Source: a virus. From it: a DNA stretch of 64,000 nucleotides. Location of the stretch: IMG/VR virus record IMGVR_UViG_3300025128_006668, positions 32,001 through 96,000 of that record; one strand, 5' to 3'. The notes below the pieces were generated by a model. It was not told the origin of the DNA and did no database searches. It was given only the letters and a program-made list of their open reading frames with translations. The translations under genes were made by a program, and so were the position numbers. The stretch's first letter is position 1. Every line of letters begins with the position of its first letter. Shown here piece by piece: positions 8,418-15,945 of the stretch.

Positions 8418-9674
8418 ATGATTGATTTTATATTTGACAGAAGGAATTTTTTAAGAATAGGTTCTATTGGAGCAGGCATGTCGGCAGTGGGACTGTCTGA
8501 CTTTGCTCTAGGATCGCAGGATTTTACTAGTTATAAAGATAAAACCGTAGTCTGGGTATGGCTAGGAGGTGGCCCAACGCAATTTGAAACCTTCCACGCC
8601 CCTAACGACACTGTCCCTTCAGAATGGCAGCCTGTAAATGGCGCTATACATGACGCCAAGACCAACATCACTTTAGGCGCAGACTGGGTAGAACTTGCAA
8701 AACATACTTCAAAGTTAAGTATAGTCAATTCTTTCAGTCATAAAGACTCGTCTCACAGACAGGGGACGCACTTTATGATGACAGGACATTACAATCCCGA
8801 AAGAAGTACAACATCTATTGCTAAATACCCCTCTTTTGGGTCTATAGTCTCAGCCATTTATGGTGCAAATCACTCTAGTAATGGAGTGCCTACTTATGTT
8901 AAGCAAGGTAAGATTGAAGGAGATGAGGGCGCTTGGTTGGGTGGAGCATTTAAACCATTTGATCCTTCCAATAAAGATAACCTCACACCAAGAGTTGAAC
9001 TCGATAGGTTCTCAACAAGAAAAGAACTACTCGCAGGATTAGATGCTGCAAGAGTTTCCAGCAAAGGAGCTGAGTCAGTACAGTTTTACAAAGGTCAGGC
9101 TTATGATGTTATCCTAGGTTCCGCTAAAGAGGCTTTTGCTGTAGAAAAAGAAAGCGAAGCAACGAAAGCTCTTTATGGGTCTACAAAAGCTAAGGATATT
9201 GGCGAACAGCTTATCTTGGCTCGAAGACTTGCAGAAAATGGAACACGATTCATAACCCTTCATTATGGTGGATGGGATATGCATAGCAATATATCTAAGG
9301 CAATGCAAGGAAAAGTCCCTCCTTTGGATAAGGCTCTAGCAGGCTTCTTGCAAGATATACAAGACAGAGGGATGAGTGAGAAGGTTCTTCTGGTTGTAAC
9401 CGGAGAGTTTGGTAGAACTAAGTTTAATGCAAATGCAGGTAGAGACCATTGGCCTGCAATTACCCCTATGCTTATGGCAGGTGGAGAATATGAGTCCGGA
9501 AGAACGATTGGTGCTGCTGACAGATCCTATAATCCAATTGAAAAACCTGTAGGGCCTCTCGATTTACAGGCAACTTTATTTGACCACTTTGGTATTGACA
9601 CAGCAATTCAGCGTGTTGATAATGGCGGTCGTCCAAGATATTTACTAGAAGGTGAAGCTAAGGTAATTTTATAA
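8418..9674 (+). CDS. DUF1501 family protein 1 (Tat signal)
   Basis: DRRNFL Tat motif, WLGGGPTQFETF, ARRLAENG, GGWDMH, GEFGRT, GRDHWP. Confidence 0.9.
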   Translation: MIDFIFDRRNFLRIGSIGAGMSAVGLSDFALGSQDFTSYKDKTVVWVWLGGGPTQFETFHAPNDTVPSEWQPVNGAIHDAKTNITLGADWVELAKHTSKLSIVNSFSHKDSSHRQGTHFMMTGHYNPERSTTSIAKYPSFGSIVSAIYGANHSSNGVPTYVKQGKIEGDEGAWLGGAFKPFDPSNKDNLTPRVELDRFSTRKELLAGLDAARVSSKGAESVQFYKGQAYDVILGSAKEAFAVEKESEATKALYGSTKAKDIGEQLILARRLAENGTRFITLHYGGWDMHSNISKAMQGKVPPLDKALAGFLQDIQDRGMSEKVLLVVTGEFGRTKFNANAGRDHWPAITPMLMAGGEYESGRTIGAADRSYNPIEKPVGPLDLQATLFDHFGIDTAIQRVDNGGRPRYLLEGEAKVIL

Positions 9675-11092
9675 TGAAAGATAATAAGTATTTACAAGCT
9701 GTAGGAGATCACTTAAACGAGGAAGGGTTTACAGAGGAGCTTACTGAGGCTAACTTTGTTATCCCTGAGGAATCTGACTACATTGACTTTGGAGAAGAAA
9801 CCGAAGAGTGGGACGTTGCCGCAAACCGTCCCGGCTTGTGGGAGAATATAAGAAGGAAGAAGCTTAGAGAGGGCAAGAATTATAAACCTGCTAAGACGGA
9901 GAAAGAAGGGCGTCCAAGCCAAAAGGAGCTCAAAAAAGCTCAGAGCGCACCTAGAGACCCTAGAAGAACTCCTGCTCCTAAAAAAGACCAAAAGAAAGGC
10001 TCTAAAAAGAATAAGCCCGATAGCGCTAAGAAGCCAAACAAAAGTATCAAGTTCAGCAAAGAGGTAACACAGCAGCTGTCTAATAAAGTCAAAGAACATA
10101 ATGCTAAAGACAAAGGTTCTAAGGCAACGCTCGGAGCGCTAAAAGCAGTTTATAGAAGAGGCGCTGGCGCTTACTCAACTAGCCATGCGCCAAAGATGAG
10201 TCGTCATGGATGGGCCATAGCAAGAGTCAATGCTTTCTTGTACCTATTAAGAAATGGAAGGCCTAAAAACTCTGGCTACAAACAAGACAATGACCTTCTC
10301 CCAAAAGGACATCCTAGAAAAAGCTCTGCCGGTATGAAAAAGAAGTACTCAATGGGCGAAGGCAATGAGGATGTGTTCACGAACCCCGGAGAAGCAATGA
10401 AAAGAGCCAAAGAGCTCGGGCTAGACGACATTCATACACATAAGACTGATGACGGTAAGACTATCTATATGCCGGGTAAAAATCACGAAGAGTATATGAA
10501 GACTGTAACCACAAAAGGGCCCAATTATAAAAAGGTATATGCTGGTTATAAATATCAAGATCCCAAGACAGGTGAAATGTACACCTTCAGAAGAAGAGGC
10601 GTTTACAGAAAAGATGGTCGAATACTAATTCCTGTAAGAGGATCTAAGGCTCATAAGGCAGGACCAATGGAAGACCATGTGTTCACAAGCAAAGAAGCCG
10701 CCATGAAGTTTGCGAAAAAGTTCGACGACTTGAGTGACAATGTCCATACTAAAAAGACCGGAGACGGAACTGTTCTTTATATTCCCGGAAAGAATGAAGA
10801 AGAGTTTAGAAAATGGTACAAGTCGCATAAAGGGGAAGATGCTAAAGGGGCTGAGTATCAAGGTAGAAAAGTTACTCTCAATAAACCGTTTAGAACACCA
10901 GACGGGCCAAAGAAAAGATCTGTCTATGTTAAGAATGAAAAAGGTAATGTAGTTAAGGTCAACTTTGGTGATCCTAATATGAAAATCAAAAAGAACATAC
11001 CGGAGAGAAGGAAGAGTTTTAGAGCTAGACACAACTGTGATAACCCCGGTCCAAAATGGAAGGCAAGATACTGGTCTTGTAAGGCATGGTAA
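9674..11092 (+). CDS. Basic multi-module phage protein (possible internal virion/DNA-binding protein)
   Basis: Very Lys/Arg-rich. Contains a LKAVYRRGAGAY...WAIARVNAF module, two copies of an FT...A...A....H......Y.PGKN.EE repeat, and a C-terminal AEYQGRKV...VNFGDP...SFRARHNC...ARYWSC module recalled from large aquatic phages. Confidence 0.7.
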   Translation: MKDNKYLQAVGDHLNEEGFTEELTEANFVIPEESDYIDFGEETEEWDVAANRPGLWENIRRKKLREGKNYKPAKTEKEGRPSQKELKKAQSAPRDPRRTPAPKKDQKKGSKKNKPDSAKKPNKSIKFSKEVTQQLSNKVKEHNAKDKGSKATLGALKAVYRRGAGAYSTSHAPKMSRHGWAIARVNAFLYLLRNGRPKNSGYKQDNDLLPKGHPRKSSAGMKKKYSMGEGNEDVFTNPGEAMKRAKELGLDDIHTHKTDDGKTIYMPGKNHEEYMKTVTTKGPNYKKVYAGYKYQDPKTGEMYTFRRRGVYRKDGRILIPVRGSKAHKAGPMEDHVFTSKEAAMKFAKKFDDLSDNVHTKKTGDGTVLYIPGKNEEEFRKWYKSHKGEDAKGAEYQGRKVTLNKPFRTPDGPKKRSVYVKNEKGNVVKVNFGDPNMKIKKNIPERRKSFRARHNCDNPGPKWKARYWSCKAW

Positions 11093-11096
11093 GAAT

Positions 11097-11276
11097 ATGA
11101 ATAAAAATGAATTCCTAAAAGCAGTGGATGATTATCTCACAAAAGATGTGCGTAAAGAACAAAAGAAAAAGAAGAAGCACACTGTATATAAGCCTCCAAG
11201 CTGGAAAAAAGACAACCCCGGAAAATACCAAGTATTAGAAGCTCCAGAGCCAGATGAAGATCAAGGCCCTAGTTAA
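11097..11276 (+). CDS. 59-aa hypothetical protein
   Basis: ATG at 11097 (MNKNEFLKAVDDYL) resembles the N-terminus of 9674-11092 (MKDNKYLQAVGDHL). Confidence 0.6.
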   Translation: MNKNEFLKAVDDYLTKDVRKEQKKKKKHTVYKPPSWKKDNPGKYQVLEAPEPDEDQGPS

Positions 11277-11288
11277 AGGAAAATTGAA

Positions 11289-12596
11289 ATGAAATGTAGA
11301 GGAAACAATATTGCTCGCCGTTCTTTTATACATGTCGGAATGGCAGGAGGAATAGGATTAGGTTTATCAGATTTTTTTAGAATCAGAAAAGCCCAAGCAG
11401 ACCAAAAGTTTTACGAGAGCGTAGAGGGGCCAGCAAAGTCTGTTATCTATATTTATCTGCCCGGCGGTTCTGCGCATCAGGAAACATTTGATCCTAAACC
11501 GCTGTCTCCGTTAGAGTATAGAGGCCCAATGGCTAGCATTGAGACAAATGTTCCCGGAATCAGACTTAATGAGATGATGAAAAACACTGCTAAGCTAATG
11601 GATAAGATTTCCATCATTCGCAGTATGACACATGGAGAGGCAGCGCATGAACGAGGCACACATAATATGTTTACTGGCTATAGACCTAGTCCAGCACTCC
11701 AATATCCTTCCATTGGTTCAGTGGTTGCACATGAGTTTGGCCCACGTCATAACTTACCACCTTACGTCTGTATCCCCAATCAGCCTAATGAGTTCGCAGG
11801 TACTGGATATCTAAGTAGCTCATTCTCAGGCTTTAGTCTAGGTTCTGACCCTGCGAGTGACGGGTTTCAAGTTAGAGACTTGAAGCTTCCTAATGGTGTT
11901 AATGATGGTCGCTTTGGAACACGTCGCAAAATGCTGGGTGCTGTCAATGACTATTTTGCAACTAAAGAAAAATCAGACTCTCTGGATGCCGTAGATTCTT
12001 TTTATGATCGTGCTTACAGCTTGATTAGCAGCGAAAAAGCCAGAGATGCTTTTGATATAAACAAAGAGGATGCTGTAACTAGAGACAGGTATGGTAGAAA
12101 TACCGCTGGAGCCAGAATGCTTTTGGCTCGTCGGTTAGTCGAAGCAGGGACGAGGTTTGTAACGCTAACTTATGGTGGCTGGGATATGCATGATAATATC
12201 GAAGCCGGAATACGAAGACAAGTCCCAGCTCTAGACCAAGGACTAGCGGCATTGATAGAAGACTTAGACCAAAGAGGTCTTCTTGAATCAACCTTGGTAT
12301 GTGTGGCTTCTGAGTTTGGCAGAACCCCAAAAATAAACGCCAATTCAGGAAGAGACCACTGGCCTAAAGTGTTTAGCACCCTAATGGCAGGAGGTGGAAT
12401 CAAGGGCGGTTTAGTATATGGAAAATCCGATGCGACCGCTAGTGAGCCAGAAGAAAATGCTGTAGGAGTGGAAGACTGGGCATCTACGATTTATAATAGG
12501 ATAGGGATCGTCCCCGATAAAGAGCTTATGGCTCCCGGAGATAGACCTATTGAAATTGTAGATGGTGGTAAAGTTATTCAAGATTTAATTATTTAG
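11289..12596 (+). CDS. DUF1501 family protein 2 (Tat signal)
   Basis: ARRSFI, YLPGGSAHQETFDPKP, ARRLVEAG, GGWDMH, SEFGRTP, GRDHWP. Confidence 0.93.
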   Translation: MKCRGNNIARRSFIHVGMAGGIGLGLSDFFRIRKAQADQKFYESVEGPAKSVIYIYLPGGSAHQETFDPKPLSPLEYRGPMASIETNVPGIRLNEMMKNTAKLMDKISIIRSMTHGEAAHERGTHNMFTGYRPSPALQYPSIGSVVAHEFGPRHNLPPYVCIPNQPNEFAGTGYLSSSFSGFSLGSDPASDGFQVRDLKLPNGVNDGRFGTRRKMLGAVNDYFATKEKSDSLDAVDSFYDRAYSLISSEKARDAFDINKEDAVTRDRYGRNTAGARMLLARRLVEAGTRFVTLTYGGWDMHDNIEAGIRRQVPALDQGLAALIEDLDQRGLLESTLVCVASEFGRTPKINANSGRDHWPKVFSTLMAGGGIKGGLVYGKSDATASEPEENAVGVEDWASTIYNRIGIVPDKELMAPGDRPIEIVDGGKVIQDLII

Positions 12597-12609
12597 TCTG
12601 GAGATAGAT

Positions 12610-12807
12610 ATGAAAAAAAGAATTCCAATTATAGCTATTATTATAGTAGTTGCGATATGTATCGCAAACAAAGATGAAATTAAACAAATGTTTAACAAAG
12701 GAGAAGATAAAGTGGTAAATTGTTCAATCTGTGTAGAAGAATGCCCATGCGTAGAAGCTGAATGCGTCTGCAAGGCAACTTGCAAATGTGATAATTGTGT
12801 TAGCTAA
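12610..12807 (+). CDS. Membrane-anchored metallothionein-like Cys-rich peptide
   Basis: GGAG RBS, N-terminal signal/anchor, C-terminal CSICVEECPCVEAECVCKATCKCDNC (9 Cys in 26 aa). Confidence 0.7.
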   Translation: MKKRIPIIAIIIVVAICIANKDEIKQMFNKGEDKVVNCSICVEECPCVEAECVCKATCKCDNCVS

Positions 12808-12824
12808 TTAACTAGAGGTGCAAA

Positions 12825-14108
12825 ATGTTAAGTTTATCAAGAAGAAGTTTTCTGTCAGTAGGAGGTTTAGGCCTTCTTACTATGCCGCAGGTATTACGCG
12901 CTCAAAATAATAATGGGACATCCCACAAGGCTGTGATTAACATCTTCCTTGGTGGTGGCCCTCCGCATCAAGATATGTGGGATATAAAGACAGAAGCTCC
13001 ATCGGAGATTCGAGGACCATTTAAGCCGATCCCGACCAATGTGGCGGGAGTGCACATCGGGGAATGTTTCCCTGAAATTGCTTCAATGTTTGATAAATTT
13101 ACAGCTATTCGTTCTGTAGTAGGATCTGATGGATCACATGATGGATACCAGTGCGTTACTGGATGGAGTCGTAAAGACATGGTGTCCGGATCTAGCTATC
13201 CAGCTATTGGGGCGTGCGCCTCTAAAATATTAGGCCCTGTTGACCCTGCTGTACCGGTTGCAGTAGGGTTAGCGGAGGCTACTCAGCATATGCCTTGGTC
13301 AGAAGCAGGAGGAGCTGGTTATCTTGGAGATACCCATAAGCCTTTCAAGCCAAATGGCCAAATGATGAAAGACCTTAAACTCAATATGGAAGTAGAAAGG
13401 TTTAAGAATAGAAAAGCCCTTCTTAATGGTTTTGCAAATATCAATAAGCAGATAGACAAGGCTGTTAATGTTGATACGTTTACTGAAGAGGCGTTTGGAG
13501 TTCTTACTTCAAGCTCTTTAGTTGATGCTTTAGACTTGTCAAAAGAAGACGCAAAGATTAGAGAAATGTATGGAGATGGTAAGCCGTTTAAATTCCAATA
13601 CGACGGAGCGCCCACAGTTAATGAGCATGTGCTTATGGCTCGCCGCTTAGTATCTGCTGGGGCACGCTCTGTCACACTATCATACGGAAGGTGGGATAGC
13701 CACGGATCTAACTTTGATCTAGTCAGAGATCATGGAGCCAAGCTAGACCAATGCGTATCGGCTCTTGTTAAAGATCTTGATCAACGAGGTATGCTTGACG
13801 ACACACTTGTTGTAGTATGGGGAGAATTTGGCAGAACCCCTAAGATCAACCCAAAGGGTGGTCGTGACCACTGGCCGCAAGTTTCTGCAGCACTACTAGC
13901 AGGAGGAGGATTCAATCACGGGCAAACCATCGGAGAAACCAATAGGCTTGGGGAAGTTCCAGAGTCCAGACCTGTGCACATACAGGAAATCTGTGCAACA
14001 ATGTATAGAGGTCTAGGTATCGACACGATGTCCACAACTTTATTAGACAATACTGGAAGACCTCAATATCTTCTAGATCACAGAGAGCCTCTAAAGGAGT
14101 TAATTTAA
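12825..14108 (+). CDS. DUF1501 family protein 3 (Tat signal)
   Basis: SRRSFL, FLGGGPPHQDMWD, ARRLVSAG, WDSH, GEFGRTP, GRDHWP. Confidence 0.93.
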   Translation: MLSLSRRSFLSVGGLGLLTMPQVLRAQNNNGTSHKAVINIFLGGGPPHQDMWDIKTEAPSEIRGPFKPIPTNVAGVHIGECFPEIASMFDKFTAIRSVVGSDGSHDGYQCVTGWSRKDMVSGSSYPAIGACASKILGPVDPAVPVAVGLAEATQHMPWSEAGGAGYLGDTHKPFKPNGQMMKDLKLNMEVERFKNRKALLNGFANINKQIDKAVNVDTFTEEAFGVLTSSSLVDALDLSKEDAKIREMYGDGKPFKFQYDGAPTVNEHVLMARRLVSAGARSVTLSYGRWDSHGSNFDLVRDHGAKLDQCVSALVKDLDQRGMLDDTLVVVWGEFGRTPKINPKGGRDHWPQVSAALLAGGGFNHGQTIGETNRLGEVPESRPVHIQEICATMYRGLGIDTMSTTLLDNTGRPQYLLDHREPLKELI

Positions 14109-14392
14109 TGGTTAAACTAAATGATTGGGTTCAAAGAACTAAGTTTCCCCTTGAAGGAAACGCAGCATTTGACTGACATGAGTACTCTATCGCACAGGTT
14201 GTGCGTATTGATGAAGAGTGTGTGGAAGTAGACTTTGCATGTAGCTGTATGACTTTTGATGGAAGCAGCAAAAAGCTTTGGGCTCATGGAGAATATCTTC
14301 CTCTTGATGATGAGTCTTATGCGAAACATAAAAAGGCACATGACGCCTGTTGTCTTTTTGGAGAAGAACTGGAAGTAGATTATGCAACGTAG
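14108..14392 (+). CDS. 94-aa Cys/His-rich protein with in-frame UGA at 14174-14176; candidate selenoprotein
   Basis: ATG overlaps the upstream stop (TAATG) and the frame continues through a single TGA to TAG 14390-14392, overlapping the next start. A SECIS-like hairpin lies directly 3' of the UGA. Confidence 0.55.
14183..14220 (+). promoter_or_regulatory. Bacterial SECIS-like stem-loop
   Basis: Apical hairpin CGCACA-GGT-TGTGCG (14191-14205) with the loop starting 20 nt after the UGA; lower stem TACTCT/AGAGTG. Confidence 0.5.
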
Positions 14393-15599
14393 AAATTTTT
14401 TGAAACATTTATCAGTATTCCCTACCTTATCTTTAATAGAATCTCTTAGAGCTAATGAAGAGGAGCTAAAGAAGAATGGTAAGTCAGCTATCTTATTATG
14501 GATGGGCGGTGGTCCTTCAACAATGGATATTTGGGACTTGAAACCGGGTGCTCCTACAGGAGGCCCATTCAAACCTATCGGTACATCTGGAGATGTTCAG
14601 ATCTGCGAACATATGCCCCTCATGGCAAAGCAGATGCATAATGCTGCGATTATTAGAAGTATGAGTACGAGAGAAGCGGATCATATGCGTGGAAGATATT
14701 ACATGCATACGGGCTATGTTCCCAACCCAAGCATGACTCATCCTAGTTATGGATCTGTCATATCGCATCAGCTCCAAAGACCAGAAGTTTCTATCCCTAA
14801 ATTTATCTCCGTTGGAGGAGGCAGTATGGGAGCTGGTTTTTTGGGCGCTAAATATTCGCCGTTCGTTGTTAACAGCGATGGTAGAATAAGAAACCTAAAT
14901 ATGAAAGTAGACCAAAGATTCTACCAAAGAGCATATGCCTTGGACGCTATAGAAACAAGCTTTATAAATCAAAGAAGAGGTTCTGCTGCAAAAGAACATC
15001 AAGCTATACTGAAAGAAGCTTTTGGAGTACTCACAAGTTCCCAGATGGATGCTCTCAAGGTAGCTGGTGAGCCAGAGAATGTAAAAGAGAGATATGGAGA
15101 TAATGGTTTTGGTAAAGGATGCTTAATGGCTAGGCGACTAGTCGAAGCAGGAGTTCCATTTATTGAAGTCAATCTTGGGGGATGGGATAATCACCAGAAC
15201 ATTCATCCTATGTTAAGAGATACTAAGTTGCCTATGCTTGACCAAGGCATGAGTGCGTTGTTTGAAGATTTAGAACAAAGAGGGATAATTGATGACACTG
15301 TAGTTATTTGGATGGGAGAGTTTAGCAGAACTCCCCGTATCAACCAGAACGCTGGACGTGACCATTGGGCGCGTAGCTGGAGCGTTGTTGTTGGAGGAGG
15401 CGGAATGAACGGAGGCATATCTATTGGAGAAACAAGCTCCGATGGGACTAGAGTTGAGACAGAACCACATACATCGCAAGATGTTATGGCATCTGTGTGT
15501 AAAGCCTTAGGCATTTCGCTTGGCACAACATTTACTAGTAATAACGGCAGACCTATGAAAATTGCCAATTCTGGTAAGATTATTAAAGAATTATTCTAA
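14382..15599 (+). CDS. DUF1501 family protein 4 (Tat signal)
   Basis: QRRNFL, WMGGGPSTMDIWD, ARRLVEAG, GGWDNH, GEFSRTP, GRDHW. Confidence 0.93.
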   Translation: MQRRNFLKHLSVFPTLSLIESLRANEEELKKNGKSAILLWMGGGPSTMDIWDLKPGAPTGGPFKPIGTSGDVQICEHMPLMAKQMHNAAIIRSMSTREADHMRGRYYMHTGYVPNPSMTHPSYGSVISHQLQRPEVSIPKFISVGGGSMGAGFLGAKYSPFVVNSDGRIRNLNMKVDQRFYQRAYALDAIETSFINQRRGSAAKEHQAILKEAFGVLTSSQMDALKVAGEPENVKERYGDNGFGKGCLMARRLVEAGVPFIEVNLGGWDNHQNIHPMLRDTKLPMLDQGMSALFEDLEQRGIIDDTVVIWMGEFSRTPRINQNAGRDHWARSWSVVVGGGGMNGGISIGETSSDGTRVETEPHTSQDVMASVCKALGISLGTTFTSNNGRPMKIANSGKIIKELF

Positions 15600-15895
15600 T
15601 GAAATTTTATCGAAACGCAGTCTATGTTCTTGCAACCCTTTGTTTCTTTAATATGTTACAAAGTGCTTATGTCTACAAAAAACTTGTACAAATAGAAGAG
15701 AAGCAAAATAAAATAGAGGTTAAAATACCCATTTCAGAGGATCTGAAGGAATTGCCCTTACATACTAGACTTAGAGACTCCCAGATAATGCAGGCAATCC
15801 TTATGACGCATCACCAATTAGGGGTACATGATCCGGGCTCTCAGCCTATGTGCCCTATGTGTCAACAACAGGGATTAAAAACAGTATCAGATTAA
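15599..15895 (+). CDS. Membrane-anchored protein with C-terminal HH...H...CPMC motif
   Basis: TAATG overlap, N-terminal TM segment, possible metal-binding tail. Confidence 0.65.
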   Translation: MKFYRNAVYVLATLCFFNMLQSAYVYKKLVQIEEKQNKIEVKIPISEDLKELPLHTRLRDSQIMQAILMTHHQLGVHDPGSQPMCPMCQQQGLKTVSD

Positions 15896-15945
15896 GCTTT
15901 TTGGGGTATTTACTCTTAGATCTACAATTTTCCTAGGAGTAAAAA

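Noticed and set aside
14174-14176. Genome-wide UGA reassignment as the explanation of the in-frame stop
   Set aside because: UGA terminates conserved genes at their expected ends (nrdA, recA, the Cas4-like gene), and long genes have no internal UGA.
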